DNA of 64,000 bases from Neodothiora populina. Taxonomy: Eukaryota. Under the pieces are notes generated by a model that searched no databases, was not told where the DNA came from, and worked only from the letters and a program-made list of their open reading frames with translations. The translations under genes and the position numbers were made by a program. The stretch is taken from assembly GCF_041146345.1 (NCBI RefSeq), contig NW_027191404.1, positions 682,001 to 746,000 on the forward strand, written 5' to 3'. Numbering within the stretch: position 1 is the stretch's first letter; the number at the start of each line of letters is the position of its first letter. Shown piece after piece: positions 47,213 to 60,134 of this stretch.

Positions 47213-50200
47213 TCATTGCTCCCCCTCTGAGACCTCTGCGTAGTCTACGGCGGTCTTATTCCTGCTCGTTGGGACGTCGACGTACGGCTCCGTTTGCAAT
47301 GCGACTATTTCGTCGGCATTGAATGGGTTTGCCTTGATAAAGTTCATCCTAATCTCCGCTGCCTTTCGATCCCATGTCGCTGCTGTTTGCTCGTACACAG
47401 CCCGCGCTTCTTCTACTGCACGCTGCGCAGAGGCGCACTTCTCGAGATATGGTTGTTTCTCTTCGTCGCTTGCAACCCGCCAGCGTCGCCCGATCTCAGC
47501 ACGAACCTCATTCCTTGATGGGGCAATGTCCTCGCTTGTGGTGAGATCTGCCTTGCACTTACTCCATGCATCGGTGGAGAACAGTAGGAATGGATTTACG
47601 CCAAGTCGGCCGGGCTTCATGGGTCGTTCACCTATCTCGTGAAGGACCGCAGCAAGAATGGAAGTCTCGTACTCTTCTTCTTGAGTTGCTCTACTGTTGT
47701 GTGTCGACCGGTACGGATTTATGTGCCGGGGAGTCGGAACGACTGCGGGAGCTGGCTTTGTTGTTCGACTCTTGAGAGGCGTTCCAGCCGAAGGCGAGGC
47801 GGATGCGGTAGAGTGCGCGGATTGGTTTGGCTTTGCTGCATCGGTGGCGACACTTTCCATTGGTTGAACGAGCGGTACTGGTACACCTATTTCTCCGATC
47901 ATTGAATCGACGACTTCGCCGGCTGCCCTGAGACCAGACAGATAAGCACCATGCACTGTCGCAGGATGAGTGCCACAAGTGGCTTCTCCAGCGAAATGTA
48001 GATTGCCCACAGGCGCAGCCATGACATCGTAATCACCAGGGTTCGTGTTTGGACCGACAAATGAAAATGTTCCCCTAGTGAAGGGGTCTCGTTTCCACCT
48101 TGAGACGATGACCTCAACAGGTGCAGGAACATGGTGTGGAGAGAATGTCGCCTTCAGTCTTTCCATAATCTCTTGCAGCAGTACGCCAGTGTCTGTGATC
48201 TCGACATCATGCGCAGCTCTTCCAGCCATGAGTGCAATAAGCATTGGCCTTCCACTGTTCTTGACGCAGTTCCATAGCAGATAAAATCTGCCTCTTCTCG
48301 AAGCATAGTCTGTAGGGTCCATGCTGTTCTTTCTTTCCGCTTCATTGAGCAGTCCAAACATGTCGTATTTCTCATCCCAGAATGATTGTTCGAACACAAG
48401 TACGACCTAAATTAACATTTAGCCAAAGTCAAGGCTTCACAGAACATTGCATCCTACCTTGTTTAGAAGCCCAAAGCCCATGCGCTTGATGGCACCCTGC
48501 TTCCAATCCGGCAGGGATGGCTCGAACTTGATACTTTCAGCTTTGAGCACGCCGAGCGGCGAAGTGAGCACCACTTTGTCAGCGTGAACAACGTGCCCAT
48601 CAACACACTCAATAGTCGCCGGACCATCTGGGTCATTCGCGGTATATTTGATTTGCTTCACCGTCGAGTTGAAGCGGACATTAAGGCGAGATGGAAGGCT
48701 CAGAAGGCCACGGGGAACTTGTATGTACCCTCCAACGACTTCTGAATGGCGACCCTCAAACTCGTTGCCGCTGTCCTGGTCGTGTCCAGCCAAGCTGAGA
48801 TTTGACACCATTGCTGCGTTTGCATATTCGAGGTCGGCGTAATGCCAGTTAAGCAGTCGCATATCTTGAGGGGTCAACTCGACAAGATTCTGGTACTGAC
48901 GTACCGCCTCATCCATTGCCCTGCCCAGTGTCGGATTTGGCGTCCGGGCAACTCTTTTGAGACGCAGCGACTGATTTTTGGATACTCCGGGGCGCAACTG
49001 CCATCCCGCTAATTTCACAGCTTGTGCAGCCGTTCTACTAGAACTATTGCCCGCTAAGACTTGTGTCCGTCCTTGGAGTTTTGCGAATCCTGGAGGTACT
49101 GCTTGCTGTCTTCCCCGATCGACTGCAGGCGCGTTGTCGGGCTTGCTCACACTAGATCCCATCTTGCTTTCCACCGGATCACGGGCCAAGTCTATGAAGT
49201 CCGGCAGTCCCTCCAGAGTTTCAACAGGAGTGGGTTTGACCCGAAAGTCACTCGTGCGCTCGAGTAAATCGTTGTGTATTTTGTTGACGAGCATGTCTCT
49301 ATCGTGGTCCACAGCTTTTCCATCGCAGTCGTACATTGTGACTTCGTCCCACATTAAGTGGTATCTCAACCCGAGTTGTCCACGAATAATGGCATTTAGT
49401 GGGTTTCCATGTTCGAATCCAGTGACAATCTGCGCGCCCATCTCGGCTGTATTCCGTAGTCCATCCGGTAGACTCCCCATGACCTGGCTTCGGAGAGGAT
49501 GCGAATAAACGCGACCACCGATTCGTTGTCTTCCTTCGAGTACGACGACCTTGGGCGGTAGTTCACCCGAGTCAGTCCAATGATCTCCAAGTTGCGAGAA
49601 GAGGGCTTCCAGCTGTCTCGCGCATCCCAAACCAGACATTCCTGCACCGATGACCGCCACAGTCTTCTGTTTGACCGACCTCTTACGTCCGTCTATTGGT
49701 GTGACGATCTTTGGGACTTCAACACAGCCAAAATTGATATAGCCGTTCCTGATCAACCACTTGAAAGATATGTACGCAAGGTCGAAGAATCGGGTGTCCT
49801 TTGCACAGCCTGCTGCTTCTTCCTTGGTAACACTGACCAGAGGATTTCTGATCCACAATCGCAAGATTCCATTGCGCATATTCAAATAAGTCGTGACTTG
49901 TGCTTGAGTGATGTGATCCCTTAGCAGTCTATACTCGCCCGGGTGAAGAGCGTATGGATTTAGTCGCGATGCATTCGCGGCGACAACGCATTGCCGACCA
50001 TACTCTTCCCATGAGAGGTGATTTGGGATAGAAGCTCTTGGACGCACATCTGTCTTGAGACGGTTGATCTTCGACGCCTTCTTGAGCCTAGGCGTGACTG
50101 CTGCGAGAGCGGGAGCTGGAGCTGTTTTCGATTTCTGCTTGATTGTAATAGAAGGTTCGGGATCGAACAAGAGATTCTGACTAGACGAATTCACAATATT

Positions 50201-50692
50201 GTGGTATACATTTTCGCCTTCAGATAAGCGATTGCTCTCTGGCGAGAGCGCAATGCGCTTGCGAGGCCTATCATCCCCATTGAAAGAAACATGGCTACTC
50301 GATGAACTCTCGACAGATTTGAAGGGGCGCTTGCCATCGATGGGCCCGGAAGAGGTCACGGAAGATAGTCCGGTGTCATCGGCGTCGGTAGAACCATATC
50401 GTAAGATGCCGTTAACATCGATTTTGCTCATGAAACCACCATGCACATCTGGCACAGTATCAAAAGTATCACTTTCGACCGAAGTCAGACTCGACGTCGA
50501 AGTGGCGGGACTGTCGTTACCGATATCTGATGTGGCGACGGTGCCAGGTACATTTGGAAAGGCCAGATGTTGTGCGGTAGCCATTGCGTTGGCAGTCATC
50601 CTGCCGAGCAAAAGATTCTTGACTCGTGACTTGATTACTGATTGTGGGCTTGTCTGCTCTTTTTGACGACCATTCGTGGAACATGTGTCCAT
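47213..50692 (-). CDS. Lysine-specific histone demethylase LSD1/Aof2 (SWIRM + FAD amine oxidase + HMG box); intron 48407-48457; true 5' end uncertain
   Basis: SWIRM (YLNMRNGILRLW...GYINFG), VIGAGMSGL, RIGGRV, GFGLLNK|VVL, FAGEAT...ATVHGAYLSG and a C-terminal HMG-like box. Confidence 0.92.
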
Positions 50693-52305
50693 GCTGATTC
50701 TGGCTTGGTCAAGGTAAGATAGAGAAGTGGGTGGCGAAAGGAGTGACTGGGAAGCTCAATGTTGTGCCATCGTAATATCATATTCAGACTTGGCGGGATG
50801 TCATGAGGACTCGACTAGTAGTGTATTCGATATGATGTCCAGTTCGCTGGAGTATGTACGAGTCTTCGATGCCATCGGATCTGGCTGGTGGGTCAATTGA
50901 AGCCATAGCGGGCGAAGGTTCGCCCTCCGCTTTTCCGTTTTCTGCTTGGCTGCTGTAACCTTCATCCAACCTCACCTCTTCCCGACTCTGCCATTCTGGA
51001 CGTGTCCTGTGTCTACTCGGCAGCAACCCTTGTCGCTATGGTACGAGACACATTTCTCGAGCCTACAGACATTGTCGTGATGTAGAGAAGCTGTCGTGCG
51101 GGCCAATACGTGCCCGTGCTATGTAACCGAGGCGCAGCTCTCTCCGCATTGCCTAGAGATCCGCATCGGATCCTCTTCCAGACGAATCTTCCTGGCCAGC
51201 TCTCCTCACAGATAACATACATGGTTCCTGTCCGAGAACATGGCTGCGCTGCCACTTGGCCAGGTTGTCTGCGGTCTGCTCTAGATCATGTTCCGGACAA
51301 TTCCAGGGACACATGCTCGAAGAGGGCAATCAGCTCCGCCAGGGTGCTTTAATGCTGGAGAATGCTGGGCTGTCCACACTCTGGCTGAAATCTGGTTATT
51401 CGATAACTGTCAGACGTCTCTCTGTGGTCTCTCTCAGAAGATGACAGTGGAGTGGTTATCTTGGATTTTGCGATGATAAGAAAGAGGTGTGGCGAAGTTG
51501 AGTTGGTGGACTGCTTGCGGCACCATTCTTCTTTAGCAATTTCCCGGCCACATCCAGTGGCCAATGATGGCATGCCACAGGCTACATACGAGACGTTTAC
51601 GCTGACATTGTTAATTAGAAGCATCATACCACCGAATTAAAAGCTCAGGAATGGTCACATTTATGGCGCAACATGAAGTGCGCTTTGTCGGCGGCGGGTT
51701 GCTCGAAATCCAGGAAGCGCTCAGCCTGAAGAAGTGGCAAGCAACACATCTAGCAGTACTCAGGTTGGGCGCTCTGGGGTTTTCGGACTATACAGATATA
51801 TAGCGATATGCAGCTGCCGGGAGGGGCAAGAGAAAGTGTAGCAAACAGCGAGGCTATAGAAGGCGACCATAAGCACGATTATTTCCATAGGAAAGCCCGC
51901 ACGATCTACGATGATTGACCATCGTCAGCTCCTGCATTGAATATTGTAAATTACGAATATCCAGAGCATTAGATATGCGCTTGGCAAAAGGTCAGATCAG
52001 GACACCGTAGAAGCTACTGTAGAAGAATCTCTCGTATGCGACAGTAGAGAACATAACCATCACATACTGCAGTGACGAACACATTACATTCGCTAGACAC
52101 CCAAGAAGCAATGTGTGTCATTAGTGCTAGAATGGCATTTAATCCATAATCAGTCTACACGTGACTTCGCGGCCATGTCTGACCGACTTTCGCGACAGTC
52201 AACTTGTGTAAATGTCAATAATTACACCGCGCCCAGCTCAGTTCCGTGAGTCGAATAGACTACCGCCTTATCTGTCTTATGAAAATCACCTTACACCATT
52301 AGAAA

Positions 52306-53717
52306 ATGACACAAGACCGCAAGTACGCGGCATTGCCGGATCTGGTAGGCCGACACTATATCCTCTTATCTATAGACATCTAACAAAACACCAGGACGAA
52401 GCTCCCGACATCTACGAAACCCCGGAACTAGCGGACGACACCTCGACTCTGCAGACCTCGACAGCAGCTCGTTCGCCATCACCCTCAGACTCCGAGAGCT
52501 CAGAGGCAGATCCCGCCTCGGGAATCAACAGACACAGGCTCAGACCTCGCGATGCACGCTCACAGTTCCGCTCCTCGCGCGTGGATGCTCGAGAGGTTGA
52601 TTTCTCGGATCGCGTGAGCAGTAAGAGGCGCGCTTATCGGATCAGCAGTCGACGCGGACGGGCGGGGACGTTGATTGAAGGCAACGAAGACGGGGAAGAG
52701 GACTGGGACGGGGAGGACGACGATGAAGACGGCGAGGAGGGACTGGACAGGCGATTGGCGAGGTTGATCAGAGAGGCGCAAGAAGTGCAGTCTGAGCTCG
52801 ATCGACGGACAACACAAGGACAGAAAGAGGATACCGCACATGAAGAGAGTGAGGACGCTGGAGAAAACGACGACGACGAGGTCTCGGCCAAATTCCAAAA
52901 GCTCAATCTCGCGCTCGAAAAGATCCGCTACTCGCAGAAAGACGCCGACTCAGCACACGCCAAACTAGCCAAACAACTAGCACGAGGCGTTCCAGAACAG
53001 CAGCAGCAATCAATACCAGAAACGACATCTGAACCAGAAAACACCGAGACCGCTGCAGCCCCTGGACCCGCACCCGCAGACACAACAACCCTGTCCAAAG
53101 TCGCAGACTTCGACGCCCGCCTCGCATCCCTCGAGCGCGCCCTGGGCGTGAGCTCCCTAGACGCTCCCTCATCCTCGACCGCCTTCGCCCCCGTAATACC
53201 CACTCTGACCCTCCTAGACCGCCAAGTCAACCTCCTGTCCTCGGTGCCATCTCAACCGCATCTGGACGCCATCATCCAGAAACTGCACCTAGCGCAAACC
53301 GAGCAGCATCGCGCAGCAGCAGCAGCAAACCGCAACGGAGACGACGCAGACAACATCCACACACCGACCAACACGGCGTCATCGTCGTCGTCGTTGACCG
53401 CTGAAGAAATGGCCAAGCTGCGTTCTCTGTACTCCATCTTGCCTCAGCTGAACACCATGGCGCCGACTCTGCCTCCTCTGCTGGCTCGCCTGCGCTCCTT
53501 GAGGACAATACACTCGAACGCGGCGGCCGCGAGCCAGACGCTGGATGAGATCGAGAGGAAGCAGGACGAGGCGGATCACGAAATCAAGGAGTGGACTGAG
53601 GGCCTGGCGAAAGTGGCTGAGGCGGTCAAGGCTGCCGAGGGGGACATGAAGGAGAGCGTCGGTGCTGTCGATGGCTGGGTCAAGGATCTTGAACAGAGGA
53701 TTGAGAATTTGGGTTGA
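52306..53717 (+). CDS. Dynactin p50/dynamitin (DCTN2/Jnm1-like); intron 52345-52394
   Basis: Spliced N-terminus MTQDRKYAALPDL|DEAPDIYETPEL, VDFSDRV, DFDARLASLERALG and LLARLRSLRTIH. Confidence 0.9.
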
Positions 53718-53991
53718 AAAGGAAGAAGAGTTTTGTCTTGTGAACTCATTATAGCGGAGATTATACTAATATGTGTGACGCGTACGCTTCGTCAATAAGG
53801 AATAGAATAAAAGACACCTCGCTAATTTTGGCTCCGAAACACCAATGTGATGCTGATCATGGTATGCTTGACCATCGTGATGCTTTCCCACTAGTGACTT
53901 TTCCCTCTCTCTTTTTCTTATGCCGGACTCCAGAGGGAAAAAACATGTATGTACAACGATGCAGATGAAACAATATTTACAATCGATCATC

Positions 53992-56011
53992 TTAATGCTT
54001 TGACGCAGGAGCGACCTCTTGGGTGCCCATCTCGAGATCCGCTTCCATCGATTGGGGCCTTTCCGCCGCAGTGTGCTGTCTGGCCTCTTTCTCTGCTTGG
54101 TCGTCTTTTTCTGCGTCTTTACTGCTCTTCTGCACATCGAGACCTGTCTTCGTCACCTCGTGCTGTCGGCTCAAGGTGTTTTTGCTGATGAACAAAGAAA
54201 CGATCAGGCCGACCGCGGCGATGCAGACATACATGATCCACATGGGCCGCAGAGACTGCGCGAATTGTGTTCGGGCCACCTCTCGTGGTTCCGGGGGCAG
54301 AGAGTCGATGAGTTCGACGTTGGCGCCGGCGCCTCCACCTGTGAGTTTACTGGCTGCTTCGTCTCCTAGTGCTGCGCGCAATGTGTTTGCTCGTTTCTCC
54401 ATCTCGTTCTGGTAGACTACACCCCCGATGACGACGGAGATGGATGTTGCAAGCTGGCGTACGAAGCCAAATGTCGCCGTGGCTGTGGCGATATCTCTCG
54501 GCTGCACCTTCGTTTGAAGCGCGATAAGTGGCGCTTGGAAGTTTGGCCCGATGCCAATACCGAGAATGATCTGGTAGATGATGATTTTCGCCCATCCAGA
54601 GTGAGCGTCAAAGTCGACAAACAAGCCCATACCCAACAGCATGAAAGCTAAAAGTTAGATCAGTAAGTGATATGAATGCTTTTGTGAAGAAGGCCACATA
54701 CCGAATCCGAGCCAGATGGGTGGCAAGTACATTCCCGACTTCCGAATAAAGATGCCGGTAGCCATGCTCGCAAATGAGAGCGCAAGCGCGCTGGGCAAGA
54801 TGTAGACACCGGAGAGAAGAGGGGTTGCGCCACGCACGGCCTGAAAGTATAGCGGTAGGTAGTATGATGAGGAGATGAAGACGAATCCGTGGATGAAGCA
54901 AGCTCCGAAAGATGCGACGTTGGATCGGTACTTGAAGATGCGAAGAGGCATGACCGGGTATTTGGCCACGTACTTTTCATTCAACGCAAAAAGTACCATG
55001 GTGAAAATACCAATAATGATCAAACACAACACAGTGGCCGAGTCCCAGGGGTAGGTGACACCACCGTACTCCATTCCAAAGAGGAACATCAACACTCCGC
55101 CCACAATCAACAGTGAGCCGAGCCAGTCGATTGCTTTGAGACCTTCAATCAGGGGAGTCTTGGGTGTTTTGAGGTCCAAGAAAAAGAGGATGATCAGGAA
55201 AGCAGCACCATCGAGGGGCAAATTGATGTAGAAACACCACCTCCAGGTCACCTTCTCGGTGAATGCACCTCCAACGATCGGACCAACGGCAGAAGCAAAA
55301 GCCCAGACCTGAACATATCAGTATGGTTATTCTCACGATGAGCCTGCTTTGACTTACGCCACCGATAATGCCAAAGTATGCACCTCTCCGTCGCATACTG
55401 AACAAATCCGAAATACAGATGTTGACAAGGGTGACCAAACCACCACCTCCAATGCCCTGAATGGCACGAGCGGCGATGAGCATGCCTATGCTGTTGGACA
55501 ACGCTGCGACAAGAGATCCAATTAAAAAGACAGCATTTGCTATCAACAAGATGGGTTTTCTGCCGAAGATATCTGAGATCTTTCCCCACGAAGGGACACT
55601 CGCAGCATTTCCTAGTAGGTAGGCGGAACCAATCCAAGTATATCCAGCAGAGGAGTGGAAGTACTCGCTTATAGTAGGCAAAGCTGTCGTGATGATGGTG
55701 ACGTCCAGAGCGGCCAAGAAGACTGCCATGCCCAATGCAGTCATAATCAGGGCCACACGAGCTCGACCTTGTTCCTCCAAGGGGGTCGAGTCCTTGCGAG
55801 TCAATTCTGGCCTTGTCGTGTTTGGTTCGGTGGCGGTGGCATGACTGGACACACTCGAAGCATCACTGATCTCCTCCTTTGGCTCTCGCGTCTCATTGAC
55901 AGGGACAGCATCTGTATTCGCAGCTGCTGGGCCAGCCTCGGCAGCAGCTTCAGCACGCTGAGTCTCTCTGCCGGCTGCTGTCTCGTCGGTGCCTTCACCG
56001 GCAACATACAT
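53992..56011 (-). CDS. MFS drug:H+ antiporter (DHA2, 14-TM; DotC-like); introns 55309-55357, 54648-54701
   Basis: LAALDVTIITTALPTI, WIGSAYLL, ISDIFGRK, RAIQGIGGGG and WRWCFYINLP. Confidence 0.93.
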
Positions 56012-56426
56012 GGTGACTGGGGTCTATCGGCAATAAGACACTTTCAAGAGTTCAATAAACAGGGGGACTAGATGCTTGATTTCCACGCAATCAGAAGAGT
56101 AGTCTTATGCAGCTGCAATATAGTCATGGACAGAATGAGATAAGGATAGTATTATATGCTGCATAGGCAAGTCGAGTGAAGGCGAGAGCCAACAAGTATA
56201 CGGAACATTACAGGTTTAGACGTGATGTCGACATTCTCAAATCAGCGGCGCGAGGATGGTAACGGACATTAATAACACCGAATCTCCGAGAGCAACTCGA
56301 GGATAAACGGCCTGCCCCATCCGCGAAGGGCGAGGTTGACTCACAAGAATCGCTCTGTTAGAGTTCGCTGCTGCCACCTTCCAATGTTAATCGTGCAATT
56401 CCTACGGAGATAGATTAGGGTTTTCT

Positions 56427-56450
56427 TCCGGCGACCGAAAGCAGCTTCCG
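56427..56450 (-). promoter_or_regulatory. Candidate CGG-triplet element matching the ABC transporter promoter element
   Basis: tccgg-cgaccgaaag-cagct-tccg, about 420 nt upstream of the MFS ATG, in the same orientation as 7447-7469. Confidence 0.45.
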
Positions 56451-57670
56451 CCGAGCGATTCGGCCGCCTGGCCGGTCTCGATCGTATGATATGTGTAATG
56501 ACACATGGTCACGGTACGGACGTACCTGCCCAGCACACGCATCGCAATGTGCAGAAGAAGCGACTGTGTTAGTACAGAACGTGCCTCATGCTACGTGGCG
56601 CTCTCGAACGTGACGGAGTATGGAGGCTATAAATTCTTTATCTCTGTATAGTCCCCGCATGCAAAGCACGTGGATCTTGTTGGCAGCTCGAGATCTAGAT
56701 ACCTTACCTTATCAAGCGTCGACCCCAAGTCTTGTCGAGAAGCTTAAAGTTTCTTTCAAAATCAGGTACTCCACGCTCACAAGTGAAGTCTATAAGTACC
56801 TATTGCTATCTCGTTCTTGCGCGGGGCATCAAATTGCATCCTCCATGATTGCATGCATTTTGCGACTCCGGTCATGCCTTTGTGAACTCAGCGACGTGGA
56901 CCTCCACTCCTGGACAGCAGTCCATGACTCCAGTGATCTGTCAAGGCCGTTGTGGAAATCGTGCACCGCTACGGCATATCGGAGTTGAGTCGCAAGTATA
57001 CGAGGGCACAGTGATTTGAGGATTCGATCTGTACTGCAAGTCTGCCTTTTCACCTTTATACCGAACATCTGAGACGGCTGTTGTGGTGGTAGAGGATGGC
57101 GTATCGTTCCATGAGGATGAGTAAGTGGTGTAGCTTCTGTCACGACCGTCCACGGCGACCATGCTTGCTGAGATTCACCTTAACCTGTGATGCCTCCAAG
57201 GGATCAAAGGTCAAAGGTGATACTTGCAGGCAACTCGTAGGCAAGTCGAGATGTTGCCACACGCCCCTGTATAACATGCTATAGTAAGTAAAGAATGCTC
57301 AGATCTTGCAGGGAGGCTATGGTAGGTTGTAACACTACCTTAACCAGGCATGTGATATAACACTGTAATGCTCGGCTTCTTCGTTCGATGTAGTGTGTGC
57401 CCGGATGTAGGTTCTTACTTGCTCTTTCTCCACGATCTGCTTTTCCTTGCAAACAAGATGAGGAGGTGGTCAAGTGGCTGCTTTGTTGTTCCTTCCCTGT
57501 TTCGTGCAACTTCACTTCACGCACATCAAGATTTAACAGACACCTCACATTGTATGTGTCTTAATCATCTCCCAAACTCATCCACACCAGCAATACTATC
57601 AAAGTTGAAACCACACTGTCAATACCGCACGCCTTCCAGAACAACAACGCTGGTCGACACAGTCGCAACG

Positions 57671-59551
57671 ATGTGTCGGCAGCTTTTCGTGCATCATGGA
57701 CGTTGCGAACATATGTCTATCATTGTCCGACAGTGCGATTTGGCGACATCACCGTTGAACACCATTTATTGTGAAAATTACAAGGCTGCGCGTTTACATT
57801 CCGACTCCAGCTGTGCAGGAAGCTACTGCAAAGTACAAGAAGTCAATACCGAGCGCGCCACTTTCCTGCTACAGCAGCTGCGCCTTGATCTGTCAGATCT
57901 CAGGAAAGTAGCACGGTTACATCAGTATCATGGCAAGGTTGCTGCTCTAAATTGTCTGCAGGGTAATCCTGTCCAGAGATCGAGAGAGGAGCAGCATCTC
58001 AAACAGTTAAAGCAGGAGATGAAGGTGCTGCACGGCAAAAGGGAGCGTCTGCAACACCATATACGCGTACTACGTCTGATGCTGGGAATTGGCAAACCTA
58101 TTGCGAAGGAATTGCCAAAGGATCCTCGAACACCAAGTTCGCAGAGAGATTTTCCCTCTACTGTCCTGCCAACTCCATCGTCCCTGAGCAGAAGCCCAAT
58201 CAGAACTGTGCAGCCTTTGGCAGGAACGCTAGAAGCCGCGAACGGTGACGAATCACTATTCGGCGACATCGCAGACGTCAGATATAGGTCCGAGATGGAC
58301 TGCCACTCCTCGCCAGCATCACCACGCTCAACAAGGTCTGGCCGAAATGGTAACATGGCAACAACAGGCTTCGATTTGGATGAAAACGCTACTGCAGCAA
58401 TGAGGCCTGTCCACGCCAGAGCCCTTTCGACAACCTCACAAGCAACGAGCACCCTACGCATAGATGTGGGGTACAGTCCATCAGACCTTGTACATTCACA
58501 TCCGAGAAGGATCGCTCTCGAAGTCTCGAATATGACTCAAAGATCAAGAAACAGGAGAAGGCTCAGGGGTCGAAAGGAAAAACGTTCCGAACAGACTTCA
58601 ATGTCTATACGTCGCAGCGGTCGACTGTCAGGCAAAGACAAAAAGAACTACGCAGAGTCATCGGATGAGGAAAGAGTGGAACTTTCTGATGCACGAGCAA
58701 TGAGTACAGAGCCACGCTCACGAAACCCCGGCATCATGTTCACCAGAAAGGCCAGTGGAAGGAAGCGGCGTGCGCCAAGCGAGGAGGACGAGCTAAACAT
58801 GAGTTCAGCCTCGGACTCCGATTACAGTGACTGGGAAGAATCGTTCCGAGATAGTGTAGGAGACGGAGGCGAGTCTAACATCGAAGAAGAACAAGCTGAG
58901 CGCTCTCCTCTGACTCAAAGGACGAATACCCGTGACGCTAACAAGCGGATGACGAGAACGAACTCTTACAAGGCCACTGCAGCAGCTCTCCAACAGGCAA
59001 AGAGAGACCAAACTAAAGCAAATTATGTCAATCGTGACAGTCACGACCAACAGCAGAGACTGACGAGTAAACCCAAGATTGAAGTGGCATCACAGGCGTC
59101 CAGGACGCTTCGTGGTACCATTCCAGCATCATCGCTTGACGACCACCGAATGCAGCACAATAACCGCACCAACTCGCTTCGTGATCAGCACCAGTTCACT
59201 TTCATCCACAACGGACCCGCGCTGTCCTTCACCCAAACTCCACCACATGCTCCATCGATGACACCAAACCCAGTAAACCACAACTTCCCTTCAGAAGCCC
59301 CTGCGCAGCAAGGACTGTATGTATACCCTGCTCCAAGCAACAGTGCACGACCATGCAGCAGCGCACCAATTGCACCCATGGCTCACATGCTGTCTGCCTC
59401 GCCCTCGGCTGCGGTCCAGCAGTCTCTTGGTTTCAGTCCTCACAACTCCCCGGCAGAGTTGGGTCATCGTGGGGCTCAGTCTGCGGATGATAGAGAAGGG
59501 TCTGGGGACTTGGAGTTTGATGACTTCTTCGATATGGATATGGAAGGGTGA
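57671..59551 (+). CDS. Hypothetical 626-aa protein: N-terminal Cys/His cluster, coiled coil, basic NLS-like region, acidic C-terminus
   Basis: Long intronless ORF; ATG at 57671 in good context (gcaacgATG) gives MCRQLFVHHGRCEH...C...C...C...C. Confidence 0.75.
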   Translation: MCRQLFVHHGRCEHMSIIVRQCDLATSPLNTIYCENYKAARLHSDSSCAGSYCKVQEVNTERATFLLQQLRLDLSDLRKVARLHQYHGKVAALNCLQGNPVQRSREEQHLKQLKQEMKVLHGKRERLQHHIRVLRLMLGIGKPIAKELPKDPRTPSSQRDFPSTVLPTPSSLSRSPIRTVQPLAGTLEAANGDESLFGDIADVRYRSEMDCHSSPASPRSTRSGRNGNMATTGFDLDENATAAMRPVHARALSTTSQATSTLRIDVGYSPSDLVHSHPRRIALEVSNMTQRSRNRRRLRGRKEKRSEQTSMSIRRSGRLSGKDKKNYAESSDEERVELSDARAMSTEPRSRNPGIMFTRKASGRKRRAPSEEDELNMSSASDSDYSDWEESFRDSVGDGGESNIEEEQAERSPLTQRTNTRDANKRMTRTNSYKATAAALQQAKRDQTKANYVNRDSHDQQQRLTSKPKIEVASQASRTLRGTIPASSLDDHRMQHNNRTNSLRDQHQFTFIHNGPALSFTQTPPHAPSMTPNPVNHNFPSEAPAQQGLYVYPAPSNSARPCSSAPIAPMAHMLSASPSAAVQQSLGFSPHNSPAELGHRGAQSADDREGSGDLEFDDFFDMDMEG

Positions 59552-60099
59552 TGGCTGGGCTGGTCTCGGGTTGTGGGATTGCTTTGTAGTGCATGTCGAC
59601 ATATGACGAAGAAAAGTAAGGTGAAGGATGGATGGGATACGAGGCATGTCTATTGGCTTGATGGGCGAGAGGGGAGCACACGAAGGCAAGGTCGAGCTAG
59701 TACCTAGTGGCCCAACCAGCAGAAGGCGAGCAAGCGACACGAGGGAGTATCTCTCAGTTATCGGAGTGAAGCTGTAGTAATGGTCGACTAGAGACGGATG
59801 AATGATGAACAATGGGGTGCAGTAGCATGTTTAGCGACTCGATGAGCCTCTAAGAATTGACCAAACGAGGGACAGGTCGAAATAGTCTCATGATCCAACA
59901 GGCAGAAAAATGAGCAAGAAACACAATTTGACGGAAGAGTCTGTCTTTCTGGTCTGTTGTCTTAACAATTGTCTATTCGACTGCTGCCTGACACATTTTT
60001 GCTCTGACATGCTGTGCAAGAAAAAAGAAGGGAAAAGGGGAATCCTTGTCATCATCATAAACACAACCACCAACACCCGCCACCGCTGTCCTATCCCGT

Positions 60100-60134
60100 T
60101 GCTGCTGCTGCTGCTGCTGCTGCTGCCGCTGCTG
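60100..60134. repeat. (GCT)n trinucleotide microsatellite, intergenic
   Basis: tgctgctgctg...gccgctgctg. Confidence 0.85.

Noticed and set aside
50784..51075. Extra upstream LSD1 exon
   Set aside because: I found no donor/acceptor pair that joins this ORF in frame to 50692; left unresolved.
52212..52305. ORF-track N-terminal extensions (also 7089-7099, 18359-18406, 24113-24160, 57368-57670)
   Set aside because: They read through introns or UTRs or use non-ATG starts. Spliced or downstream ATG models fit better.
56415..56420. TTAGGG telomeric unit
   Set aside because: Single copy, expected by chance.
57671..59551. Shugoshin identity for the orphan
   Set aside because: It lacks the shugoshin N-terminal coiled-coil signature and the full SGO motif (YxEPxLxxKMRR).
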